A stretch of DNA of 32,000 nucleotides, taken from assembly GCA_001790095.1 (NCBI GenBank), contig MGBH01000001.1, forward strand, positions 810,001 through 842,000. Reading direction: 5' to 3'. How positions within the stretch are numbered: position 1 is the stretch's first letter; each line of letters opens with the position of its first letter. Under the pieces are notes generated by a model. The model worked only from the letters and a program-made list of their open reading frames with translations, had not been told where the DNA came from and ran no database searches. This document shows, one piece after another, positions 8,834 through 17,166 of this stretch. Source of the stretch: Candidatus Saccharimonadota bacterium (GTDB taxonomy: Bacteria > Patescibacteriota > Microgenomatia > UBA1406 > GWC2-37-13). The position numbers and the translations under genes are program-made.

Positions 8834-10216
8834 TTATGAACCTCCCTCTATTGGACCTGTCGGAGTGGTCTTTAATCGTAATGCTTGAAGACAACCTTGG
8901 GGGATATCTCTTTCCAGATTGCTCTCCTTACCAAAATACCAGCCGCAGCTTTGAAGTCCGGCAATATTGATCAGTAATTCTTTAAAAAGCGACTGAAAGC
9001 TCGCATCTACCGAGGCAAGAGATATACGCCAACCACAGCTAAGATTTTTATGCTGTTCCACTAACCACCGGGTAAATGGCATCTGCCAATTACGTTCACC
9101 CGCAGCCACATGAAGTCTGTTAACGACATTGTCTAGATATGAGCGAAGCAGCATATAATGATCTTTACGATCCTTGATCGTATGGTCGTCTATACCACCG
9201 CCAGCATGACATTGGCAGCCGTTTTCTCCTGTCCAACGGCCTAATCCGTGTGGACAGGTCCAGGAAGTGTTATCGATTACTTTACCTCTTTTGATCATGG
9301 CAGTTCCCCTTGTGAAGCGGTTGTCGGGATTATTGTCACCGCCGAATATGTTCCTAAAAAGATAGTTGAAGAAAAATCTCATCATGGGATGATGGTGATC
9401 AATTGTCTCAAGGTCATTCGCCAACATCGGCGGGCGGGACCGGTTGTCAATCAATGACTGATGCCGTCGGTAAAAATCTTCCGCGTCCTTCGTTTGTGTA
9501 CCACCACTTATTGCATTACTGATTTCCGTATCAGTTACAAAAGCATAGATGGGTTGCGTGTCGGTCTCAATCTCATAAATAGATGCTTCTTCACCGGCCT
9601 CAATTTGCTCCCTTCGCAGAAAAACGAAGTGTATTCCTTTTTTGGCCAATACGTTGAGCGTGATTTGGTTAACGGCCATCTCCGGGAGCCAAAAACCAAC
9701 CGGTTTTTTGAACTTTCCCCTTTTATTCCGTAGTTTTATATCATAATCGTTCTCCCATGCGTGTATGCCGGCCTCGATCAATATTTCCTGTATTTCTGCC
9801 GGCAAAAGCGGCAAAATCGGATGGCAGATCGGATCGAGGATCGGAATCGGTTGTTTTCGAACTGCTTCTTTGATCTTGTCCCAGTCGTTACCACAATATT
9901 CTTTGATAAAACTTCGAATAGAACCAAAAAGGTGAAATGAGAAAAACGGACTTTCTATCAATGGAGGGTATTGATGTTGACCGTCGAAGTCTTGCACGAT
10001 AGGCTCAACTAATCGGCGATAACATTCATCAGTCACTTTTTTATTCCAGTTTTCGCTGATATCAAAAATGTCTTGTTTATCTCCCTCAAAGCCAAGTTTA
10101 CGCCAGGGTTGATACCCATGGCCATGCCAAAAAACGCGGAATCGTTCGATGGCAAGCGCAACCTCTTTATCAACAGAATGCTCTTTTGGTTGAAAAGGAC
10201 GATTAAACTCGGTCAT
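8834..10216 (-). CDS. GH57-family glycoside hydrolase (compact, DUF3536-type)
   Basis: FWHGHGYQPWR, ICHPILPLLP, GFWLPEMAV (nucleophile-Glu region), LANDLETIDHHH (DGETxGHHH-like) and the Cys motif SWTCPHGLGRWTGENGCQC. A strong SD, AAGGAG, lies 8 nt before the ATG. Confidence 0.75.
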   Translation of the reverse strand: MTEFNRPFQPKEHSVDKEVALAIERFRVFWHGHGYQPWRKLGFEGDKQDIFDISENWNKKVTDECYRRLVEPIVQDFDGQHQYPPLIESPFFSFHLFGSIRSFIKEYCGNDWDKIKEAVRKQPIPILDPICHPILPLLPAEIQEILIEAGIHAWENDYDIKLRNKRGKFKKPVGFWLPEMAVNQITLNVLAKKGIHFVFLRREQIEAGEEASIYEIETDTQPIYAFVTDTEISNAISGGTQTKDAEDFYRRHQSLIDNRSRPPMLANDLETIDHHHPMMRFFFNYLFRNIFGGDNNPDNRFTRGTAMIKRGKVIDNTSWTCPHGLGRWTGENGCQCHAGGGIDDHTIKDRKDHYMLLRSYLDNVVNRLHVAAGERNWQMPFTRWLVEQHKNLSCGWRISLASVDASFQSLFKELLINIAGLQSCGWYFGKESNLERDIPQGCLQALRLKTTPTGPIEGGS

Positions 10217-10233
10217 GTATGATGCTCCTTAAT

Positions 10234-10307
10234 TGGCAGGGGCAGAGGGAATCGAACCCCCATCAAAGCTTTTGGAGAGCTCTATTCTACCGTTGAACTA
10301 TGCCCCT
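10234..10307 (-). tRNA. tRNA-Trp (anticodon CCA), CCA end encoded
   Basis: Hand-folded: acceptor AGGGGCA/TGCCCCT, anticodon stem GAGCT/AGCTT, loop CTCCAAA, T-arm GGGGT TCGATTC CCCTC, then G-CCA. Confidence 0.9.
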
Positions 10308-10336
10308 TGTTGCTTTTTTAGCAAATATATTATAAC

Positions 10337-11575
10337 TTACTTTATCCCAACTGCGTATACATCCGGAGATTTGTTAGTAAGAGGGTTTAAATTTGCCAGT
10401 ATAAGAAGCTTCCCATCGGTTGTAATATCGAGAAAATGTTCCTCATGAGGACCTGAATACACTACTTGACGATTCGTATTATCAAACTCAATAATCGAAA
10501 CCTGTTTCAGTTCATTTAAAACCAGATGGCGGGAGTCCGGATACCACATGATATAGTCCTCCATTCCTTTATCTATGGCGAGCCTAAAGTTCTTGTCTTC
10601 TTTGATGTCGTAGATATATAAAGCGCCTGACTGTAATGTTCGCTCCTGTTTTTCTTGATTTGCACTTATAAGGGGAGGACTTATTATCTCTGGAAGCACT
10701 CCATTTTGAGTCACCTCATAGAGAAACTTTGTCTTGTCTGGGGCAAAAGAGATGATGTGAAAAGAGTCTGAAGCTATTGACCGCATCTCTTTTGGAAGTG
10801 TCTCCAAGATCTTTATCGCTTCAAGCCTTCGTTCTTCATCCCAAGCCTGCATAAGAGATGTCTTTGATGTAGTGACATCAAACGGCTCCTTCACCTCCTC
10901 ATCAAATCCAATATCATATGCCACTATCAATTCGTCTTTCTGCATGAACTCAAATATTCCTTCTTTATAATCAGGGGAAAAAGTAACGACTGATTGTAAA
11001 AGATCAACACCTGGGGGTAGATTTTTTTTCAATAAGAGAAGTTTTAGGGGTGGAAAAAGGGAAAAGGGACGCTTGCTTTGATCAAAGATATAGATCCCAT
11101 CTTTTTCCTCAGAACCCGTTTGAGAAAATAAGAGTAACTTGCCTGTTTGATCTATCGACGTTATTTTTCCAATCCCAAGATTAGTAAGAGGAGTAAGGGA
11201 GGCATTGAGAGGAAACAGAAGAGCATCAACGGTCATGACCAGCTCACCCTTAAGTATAATCGTCCGTGTCCAGTCTATGTATCCGTCTTTTTTTACCACT
11301 ACTGTATACTGACCCGGAGCAAGGGTTAAACTCGTGTCTGTAACCCCTTTAAGCTCCCCGTTTATGTATATTTTTGCGGCTTTGGGAGATGAACTTATTG
11401 CAATGATTCCTGTTGGAGTCATCGACTTCTGTTTAAGGTCGATGCGATATCCCCTTGCATAAGCAATGATCATGACAAAAGCTATCACAAAAACACCGAA
11501 TATCAATAATTGCTGAAATAATTTCATATGAGATTTGATACTTCTTTTACCCGTAATATTATACAATATATACAT
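10337..11575 (-). CDS. PEGA-domain membrane-anchored protein with beta-propeller-like C-terminal region
   Basis: Signal anchor LLIFGVFVIAFVMIIAYA. PEGA module SSSPKAAKIYINGELKGVTDTSLTLAPGQYTVVVKKDGYIDW. An alternative start at ATG 11527 (MKLFQQ) is plausible. Confidence 0.7.
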   Translation of the reverse strand: MYILYNITGKRSIKSHMKLFQQLLIFGVFVIAFVMIIAYARGYRIDLKQKSMTPTGIIAISSSPKAAKIYINGELKGVTDTSLTLAPGQYTVVVKKDGYIDWTRTIILKGELVMTVDALLFPLNASLTPLTNLGIGKITSIDQTGKLLLFSQTGSEEKDGIYIFDQSKRPFSLFPPLKLLLLKKNLPPGVDLLQSVVTFSPDYKEGIFEFMQKDELIVAYDIGFDEEVKEPFDVTTSKTSLMQAWDEERRLEAIKILETLPKEMRSIASDSFHIISFAPDKTKFLYEVTQNGVLPEIISPPLISANQEKQERTLQSGALYIYDIKEDKNFRLAIDKGMEDYIMWYPDSRHLVLNELKQVSIIEFDNTNRQVVYSGPHEEHFLDITTDGKLLILANLNPLTNKSPDVYAVGIK

Positions 11576-11601
11576 TATACGTTTAAACTGGTTACGATAT
11601 C

Positions 11602-12609
11602 ATGTTCTTCCGTAAAAAAGTGGGTATCGATCTGGGAACAGCCAATACTTTAGTCTATGTCGCTAAAGAAGGCGTTGTTTTAAACGAACCAACTGTAGTA
11701 GCTTATTCGCTGGAAAATAAACAAATTCTGGCTGTTGGCGATGATGCACGGGAGATGCTGGGGCGTACTCCAGGATCTATCGTGGCTGCTCGCCCCATGA
11801 AAGAAGGGGTAATCGCTGATTATTATACGACAGCCTCCATGATTACCTATTTTTTGAAAAAGGCCCTCAAGGGACGGGTGTTTTGGCCCGAAATCATGAT
11901 ATCTATCCCAGGTGGATCATCACAGGTTGAGAAACGAGCTGTGGTTGCAGCATGTAAACAAGCTGGGGCCTCAGATGTATACCTCATTGAAGAACCGCTT
12001 GCTGCAGCAATCGGAGCGAAGATTCCCATTTCCCAACCCTCAGGACATATGATCATTAATCTTGGTGGAGGAACAAGTGAGATTGCCGTAATATCTTTAG
12101 GTCAGTTGGTTGCGTACAAAACCGTTCGAGTAGCGGGGACGAAGTTTGATGAGGCTATCATGAAAGAACTTCGCAAGAAACATAATCTGATCGTTGGCGA
12201 ACGTACCGCAGAGCTTGTAAAAATGCAGATCGGTACAGCACCTCTTGATACGAAAGATGAAAAGAAGCGCATCATGGAAGTAAAAGGAAGAGACTTCCAA
12301 ACTGGCCTCCCCCGAGTCCTTGAGATAAGTGACAAAGAGATTATGGATGCTCTTCAAAAACCTCTTAAACAAATACTGGAAGGTATAAAAGAAGTATTAA
12401 GCCAAACCCCACCCGAACTGGCCGCTGACATTGTAGATAAGGGAATTGTTCTTTCAGGGGGAAGCGCACTTCTTACAAACATTGATCGCTATATTACCTA
12501 TTATACAAATGTCGCCTCTTTTGTCGTTGATGATCCGCTTTTTTGTGTTATCCGAGGGGTCGGTATGGCAATTGAAAACCTTACAAGCTATAAAGAAGCA
12601 ATCCGTTAG
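11602..12609 (+). CDS. mreB: Rod-shape-determining actin homolog MreB
   Basis: GIDLGTANTLVY, MKEGVIAD, LIEEPLAAAIGA, INLGGGTSEIAVISLG, GIVLSGGSALL. Confidence 0.95.
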   Translation: MFFRKKVGIDLGTANTLVYVAKEGVVLNEPTVVAYSLENKQILAVGDDAREMLGRTPGSIVAARPMKEGVIADYYTTASMITYFLKKALKGRVFWPEIMISIPGGSSQVEKRAVVAACKQAGASDVYLIEEPLAAAIGAKIPISQPSGHMIINLGGGTSEIAVISLGQLVAYKTVRVAGTKFDEAIMKELRKKHNLIVGERTAELVKMQIGTAPLDTKDEKKRIMEVKGRDFQTGLPRVLEISDKEIMDALQKPLKQILEGIKEVLSQTPPELAADIVDKGIVLSGGSALLTNIDRYITYYTNVASFVVDDPLFCVIRGVGMAIENLTSYKEAIR

Positions 12610-12884
12610 ATCTTCATACCAATCCTTCTTCCTATTTATCTAATAAACATACTACCTATAGTTAATACCCTATCCTTGGAACAAATCGTTGAGGAAGCTA
12701 TTTATGAGTTGTTGGCAAAAAAGTTACTCATTGTATAGTAATTAGTTGATACCCTCATCACTTTATACTTTATGAATGGTGTTTGTAATATTGAGACAAG
12801 ATAAAGCATGATCAATTTAATTGAACGAAACAAGAAATATGTTTCATATATATTTCTATTCGTTTCATCTTGTAGTATAATATC

Positions 12885-13658
12885 ATGCATATGGCAGCTC
12901 AATTGCTTGGAGAATTCACCGTACCGACAGCGTCTCGGTACAAAGTCCTAGAGAAAATTAAAAAATACATAAAAAAACCTCGTGGCTTTTTCCATATAGT
13001 CTCTCTTAATCCCGAAAATTTAGTCATTGCACATGGTAATCGAACCTTTAGACGGATTGTCAAAACAGCGCAAATGCCTATCATTGATGGCATTGGGGTT
13101 ATATTAGCGGCCCAATTACTTAAAATTGAGGCTGGAGAACGTACTCCGGGTGTTGACCTTATGAATAACCTTATAAGTCTTGCCGGTAGTATGCGCTTAA
13201 CAGTGCTTCTTTTGGGGGGTAAGACAAATTTAGCACTCCATCTGGCTCAGTGCTATCAGCGAAGCTATCCCAAGGCTAAATTTATTGGCATGCAGGGGAT
13301 CAAAAATATCAAGAGACCCAAGCTCTTTGAAGATAAGGAAATATTTCATATAGTGCGCACTACAAAACCCCATATCGTGTTTGCCGCCTTTGGGTCGCCC
13401 TCACAAGAACTTTGGTTTTATAAGCATAAACGGGGGTTTTCAGGATGTGTTTGCATGGGTGTAGGTGGAGCTTTTGACTATTTGAGCGGGTCCATACAGC
13501 GTCCTCCGGCATTGTTTCGAGCTTTGGGAATAGAGTGGCTTATTCGTCTCATGAAACAGCCATGGCGTCTCAAAAGACAACTACGCTTGCTAATCTTCAT
13601 GTACTTTGTTATAAAGCAAAAGGTACATGAAACTCTTGAACTTGCAAAAAATAAATAA
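12885..13658 (+). CDS. WecB/TagA/CpsF-family (GT26) glycosyltransferase
   Basis: VSLNPENLVIA, IIDGIGVILAA, RTPGVDLM, FAAFGSPSQELWF, GVGGAFDYLSG..RPP, GIEWLIRLMKQPWRLKRQ. Confidence 0.85.
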   Translation: MHMAAQLLGEFTVPTASRYKVLEKIKKYIKKPRGFFHIVSLNPENLVIAHGNRTFRRIVKTAQMPIIDGIGVILAAQLLKIEAGERTPGVDLMNNLISLAGSMRLTVLLLGGKTNLALHLAQCYQRSYPKAKFIGMQGIKNIKRPKLFEDKEIFHIVRTTKPHIVFAAFGSPSQELWFYKHKRGFSGCVCMGVGGAFDYLSGSIQRPPALFRALGIEWLIRLMKQPWRLKRQLRLLIFMYFVIKQKVHETLELAKNK

Positions 13659-14622
13659 CGATATTCTCAATACTATATCTTACTTCTCTTTTTTTGCTTA
13701 TTCATCCACTTTTGATGATATTTTTACTTTTCTTCCGGTTGAAGTAACCAAAAAACAGTTACAAACCCACCTTGACCGACTTATTAGGCAAAATAAACTT
13801 ATAAGCAATGATTCTTTTCTTAAAGATGAACCCGTAAAGCCTATATTAAAAGCAGAGTTAAAAAAAATCCAAGGTTTATTAGACCGTTTAGATCCTCATG
13901 ACAATACATATACACATCTCAAAGGTATGGGATTTTATCTTTTTGGTTTGAAGAGATATACTCTCCCCCAGTATAGTATATTTTTAAAGAATAGCTTATT
14001 AAGACAAGTTATTTCGTTTAACAAGATCATTTTGATGTTTCGATACATCAAAGCTTTGCAAAGACTGCCCTTTGTGAAGTTTGTCGGCATAACCGGATCT
14101 GCTTCAATGGGTAATTGCAAAATTTCTGACGATGTTGACATGTGTATCATCACTAAGAAAAACTGCCTCTTTTTGGCACGTTTTTGCACGATTTTGCTTG
14201 CCCATCTTTTGAGATTACGAGGAAAAAAGGATAGCATATGTCTTAATCTTTTTTTTGATGAAAGTGATCTTCTTATCCCACCTCATAAACAAACCTCCTA
14301 TATAGCTCATGAAGTCCTACAGATGAAACCAATTATCAACAAAAACCAAACATTTGAAAGATTCTTAAGGATCAATAGATGGATACATAGTATCTACCCA
14401 AACTCTTTATCCCACGTTTCTATCCGCTTACCATCTTTGAAACAAAAACAAAGAATTGTTTTAACTTTAACTAGGCTATTACTCTTGCCGCTTGAACAGA
14501 TCTTAAAAATAATACAGTTAGCTATTATTCGTAGAAATAAAACCGGTCTCATAGTCTCCTCTACTCAACTATGGCTTTTTAAACGGGATTTTGAAAAGAA
14601 GATCGCCTCAAAAACAAAATGA
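13627..14622 (+). CDS. Hypothetical protein with Pol-beta-type nucleotidyltransferase motif
   Basis: GITGSASMGNCKISDDVDMCII matches hG[GS]-x(9-13)-DhDh. It overlaps the upstream gene by 32 nt. Confidence 0.5.
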   Translation: MKLLNLQKINNDILNTISYFSFFAYSSTFDDIFTFLPVEVTKKQLQTHLDRLIRQNKLISNDSFLKDEPVKPILKAELKKIQGLLDRLDPHDNTYTHLKGMGFYLFGLKRYTLPQYSIFLKNSLLRQVISFNKIILMFRYIKALQRLPFVKFVGITGSASMGNCKISDDVDMCIITKKNCLFLARFCTILLAHLLRLRGKKDSICLNLFFDESDLLIPPHKQTSYIAHEVLQMKPIINKNQTFERFLRINRWIHSIYPNSLSHVSIRLPSLKQKQRIVLTLTRLLLLPLEQILKIIQLAIIRRNKTGLIVSSTQLWLFKRDFEKKIASKTK

Positions 14623-14624
14623 TA

Positions 14625-14909
14625 TCAAATCAGTTGAGTAAGTAGGGAAACTTTGGGAATATGCGCTGTAAGGGGGTTGGAAGGATCTTGTATTTGTTTA
14701 AAAGTACCAAGAGCCCTTTGGCATAATCCTCCAAAAGTCGGCAATGGTTCGTTAAATACATACTCCCAAGGTTTAAGGGCATCACCTATCAGATTCGGCG
14801 GTACATAATCTGAAGGAATGGGACATCCGCGTTTACTAGCATCATAAGTCGTCTGATCCAAAACCGCAATCATCATAGCAAGCTTATATGAGGCTAATGA
14901 CCACATCAT
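14625..14909 (-). CDS. Hypothetical protein (94 aa), downstream member of a coupled pair
   Basis: Its ATG overlaps the TGA of the upstream ORF (ATGA at 14906-14909). No family recognised. Confidence 0.45.
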   Translation of the reverse strand: MMWSLASYKLAMMIAVLDQTTYDASKRGCPIPSDYVPPNLIGDALKPWEYVFNEPLPTFGGLCQRALGTFKQIQDPSNPLTAHIPKVSLLTQLI

Positions 14910-15310
14910 CGATATGTATCTGCGTCTCCATTTTTTAAGCTATCCGTTGTATGCTTGAAACTGAGGTCTTTCATCTTCCTTTTCATCTCTTCAAAATAAT
15001 TAGGAGCCCCTCTAATTAACAGTTTATGTTGAGAAGAAAACGGAACAATATGCTGCGGTGCATACTGCGCATTTGACTGTTCATGATCATAAACCCAGTC
15101 TTGTGCATAAGGATTTGCAAACAGGTTGGACCTAAGAGATGTAATCTCTCCAGTTTCCCATTTATTCGCATCAGGAAGATCAAGTGTCTGTATCTCATGC
15201 AATAAACAACCAATTCCACCGCTTGAGAGACTGAATGTGCTCTCAACTATGTCTTTAAAAGGGGGTTGTAGTATTTTTGGGGTTGGAAACTCAGGATCAA
15301 CCATATACAC
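14906..15310 (-). CDS. Hypothetical protein (134 aa), upstream member of a coupled pair
   Basis: Clean ORF with no TM segment and no recognised motif. Confidence 0.5.
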   Translation of the reverse strand: MYMVDPEFPTPKILQPPFKDIVESTFSLSSGGIGCLLHEIQTLDLPDANKWETGEITSLRSNLFANPYAQDWVYDHEQSNAQYAPQHIVPFSSQHKLLIRGAPNYFEEMKRKMKDLSFKHTTDSLKNGDADTYR

Positions 15311-15394
15311 TCATATAATACACGTTTTTTTCCTCTTTATCCATTGGTTTAAATCAGAAAATAACGCATGGCAAACACCTATAGCTATTTCGTT

Positions 15395-15403
15395 TGATAT
15401 AAT
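15395..15403 (+). promoter_or_regulatory. Extended -10 promoter element for the tRNA-Leu/tRNA-Ser unit
   Basis: TGATATAAT is a perfect TGnTATAAT match. It lies 24 nt upstream of the mature tRNA-Leu 5' end. Confidence 0.4.
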
Positions 15404-15427
15404 GTTTTACAAGCCCGATATTACTTA

Positions 15428-15512
15428 GCCGGGGTGTTGAAATGGCAGACAAGCACGCTTCAGAAGCGTGTGGCCTGTAAGGGCCGTGGAGGTTCAAGTC
15501 CTCTCCCCGGCA
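15428..15512 (+). tRNA. tRNA-Leu (anticodon CAG), class II, no encoded CCA
   Basis: Acceptor GCCGGGG/CCCCGGC + A. Anticodon stem CACGC/GCGTG with loop TTCAGAA. Long variable arm TGGCCTGTAAGGGCCGT. T-arm GGAGG TTCAAGT CCTCT. Confidence 0.9.
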
Positions 15513-15600
15513 CTATAAAAGTAAAAAAACAACAAATAATAGGTAAACTACTCTATAGCCTGGTACAATATCTAAGGCAATAAAATCAATGAACAAGCCT

Positions 15601-15686
15601 GGAGAGTTGGCTGAGTGGCCCAAAGCGAGGGGTTGCTAACCCCTTGAGTCGCAAGACTCGCACAGGTTCAAATCCTGTACTCTCCG
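15601..15686 (+). tRNA. tRNA-Ser (anticodon GCT), class II, no encoded CCA
   Basis: Acceptor GGAGAGT/ACTCTCC + G. Anticodon stem AGGGG/CCCCT with loop TTGCTAA. Variable arm TGAGTCGCAAGACTCGC. T-arm ACAGG TTCAAAT CCTGT. Confidence 0.9.
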
Positions 15687-15769
15687 CCTTCGTCCGCCGA
15701 AGCTTTAGCGTAAGCGGATTCCATAAGGTCAAAGTAACCTTACTGGTTATCTATAATTAAGGGGACTAC

Positions 15770-15792
15770 GGCGGACACGGTCCGCCTTTAAC
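15770..15792 (+). terminator. GC-rich hairpin + T-tract (intrinsic terminator candidate after the tRNA unit / before the MFS gene)
   Basis: GGCGGAC-ACG-GTCCGCC is a perfect 7-bp stem with a 3-nt loop, followed by TTTAACTT. Confidence 0.45.
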
Positions 15793-15911
15793 TTCGAAAA
15801 TATTTTAGATCTTATTCAGGAAAAGCATTCATGAAAAAACATTTTCATTTTGCTATCATACAATTATGGCTTCAAGCTAATCTTATAAAAAAAACTCATT
15901 ATATAAAGATT

Positions 15912-17114
15912 ATGTTTTCCCCCTTTAAAAGAACAAAAGAATCAAACATAAAGCTCTATTATCTCCTTACCATCTCCACCAACCTATGGTTTGGCGCAAG
16001 CAACTGGCTCTATGTTTGGCGTAGATTTATGTCTTTCGGACAGCTCGGATGGATCGATGCAATAGGATTTGCTTTTTCGCTTCTCCTTGATATTCCAACA
16101 GGTGCTCTAGCTGATATCTTTGGCAAAAGACTCACTCTTATCCTTAGCAACGTGTGTACCGGAACTGGTATCTTCGTTATAGCTTTTAGTAACAGTCTTA
16201 CGGGAATATTTATCGGCAACATGATTACCCAGGTCGGCTGGGCGATGTATTCGGGGGCTTCAGATGCGCTGATTTATGATACTCTCCTCGATATAAAAAA
16301 AGAGCGTTTATTTGCTCAAGTTCTTGCCAAGGCAAATATGTTGATGTCATATGCTGCGGCTGCTGGTTATTTTTTAGGAGGAATTTTTTACGCCGTTTAT
16401 TGGCGACTTCCTCATATCATATGGGGGCTGTCATATCTACCCGCAATTATATTTTCATACTTACTTGTTGAACCGATTATAGATACTGAAAAGTTCTCTC
16501 TCAGCGGATATTTTAATAAAATTCGTCTGGGAATGAGGGAATTGTGGCTTCCTCAGTTGAGAAAATATTTGATACTTATTTTAATATTGCTTGGGGTGTA
16601 TTTTTTATATACGTGGGGATTTGTGAGGCCCGCTATTGCGACTTCTTTTGGTTTTTACGCACGTGAGCAATCCATAATTTTGCCTATTTTAACACTCTCT
16701 TGCGCATATCTCATCAGATTTCTTCCTGCTATCCAAAACAGGATTTCTCATCTAAAAGGCTTAACTATTTTATCTATCATTATGGCTGCCGGATTCCTTT
16801 TTGCTGCTTTTCCGATCGGATATTTTGGCATTGTACCTATGTTCCTTATCGCACTTGCAGGTAAATTCGCCACCCCATGGGTCTCAATCGTGATAAACAA
16901 AGAAATATCCTCTTCCTATCGCGCCACCACACTTTCAACCGTATCACTTATCAGCAAAATCCCCTATGTTCTTATCGCTATACTCATAGGTCAAGCTGCA
17001 GAAAATAATCTTTTATCTGCGTTTTGTTTTGGGCTTAGTTTCGTCATCATTATCTTCACTTTCATAAGCACCACTATGGCTATAGTGAAACCGAAGCCTG
17101 CTAGGTCTTTGTGA
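15912..17114 (+). CDS. MFS transporter
   Basis: About 12 hydrophobic segments and MFS motif A-like GALADIFGKRLT. ATG 15912 (MFSPFKRTKE) is preferred. The ORF-track start 15831 adds 27 non-hydrophobic residues and remains possible. Confidence 0.75.
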   Translation: MFSPFKRTKESNIKLYYLLTISTNLWFGASNWLYVWRRFMSFGQLGWIDAIGFAFSLLLDIPTGALADIFGKRLTLILSNVCTGTGIFVIAFSNSLTGIFIGNMITQVGWAMYSGASDALIYDTLLDIKKERLFAQVLAKANMLMSYAAAAGYFLGGIFYAVYWRLPHIIWGLSYLPAIIFSYLLVEPIIDTEKFSLSGYFNKIRLGMRELWLPQLRKYLILILILLGVYFLYTWGFVRPAIATSFGFYAREQSIILPILTLSCAYLIRFLPAIQNRISHLKGLTILSIIMAAGFLFAAFPIGYFGIVPMFLIALAGKFATPWVSIVINKEISSSYRATTLSTVSLISKIPYVLIAILIGQAAENNLLSAFCFGLSFVIIIFTFISTTMAIVKPKPARSL

Positions 17115-17125
17115 TATGATGAATA
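17091..17125 (+). repeat. Direct repeat copy 1 (35 nt, 31/35 identical; perfect 24-nt core 17102-17125)
   Basis: CCGAAGcctgcTAGGTCTTTGTGATATGATGAATA. It spans the MFS stop codon (TGA 17112-17114) and contains the extended -10-like TGATATGAT. Confidence 0.8.
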
Positions 17126-17166
17126 CTGATTGTGCAAGATAGATGAAGATTTAGATGAAATAAAAT

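Noticed and set aside
10233-10448. 71-aa plus-strand ORF MAGAEGIEPPSKLLESS...
   Set aside because: It is the antisense reading of tRNA-Trp plus the 3' end of the PEGA gene.
12702-12902. 66-aa minus-strand ORF in the long mreB/GT26 spacer.
   Set aside because: It is AT-rich and low-complexity, overlaps the GT26 start and promoter-like TATAAT (12876-12881), and has no motif. The region is treated as non-coding.
14880-14930. The junction of the two coupled ORFs (..GDADTYR / MMWSLASYKLAMMIA) resembles the thymidylate synthase segment ..SxDxxLGxPFNIASYxLLxxMIA.
   Set aside because: The rest does not align in register. An APQH vs APCH match and a PYAQDW vs VYGKQW match have the wrong spacing, and the SRR/WN regions are missing. 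This is probably chance resemblance and is left as a note only.
15687-15790. The region after tRNA-Ser as a purine riboswitch or a degenerate extra tRNA.
   Set aside because: Only the GACTA immediately 5' of the closing helix resembles the purine-riboswitch J3/1. The conserved TATAAT and TTTCTACC junctions are absent. As a tRNA it lacks a T-arm and has 9 nt between the D and anticodon stems.
17091-17125. The 35-nt repeat as evidence of a duplicated MFS gene 3' end.
   Set aside because: Sequence upstream of copy 2 (21337-21390) shows no similarity to the MFS C-terminal coding region beyond the repeat itself.
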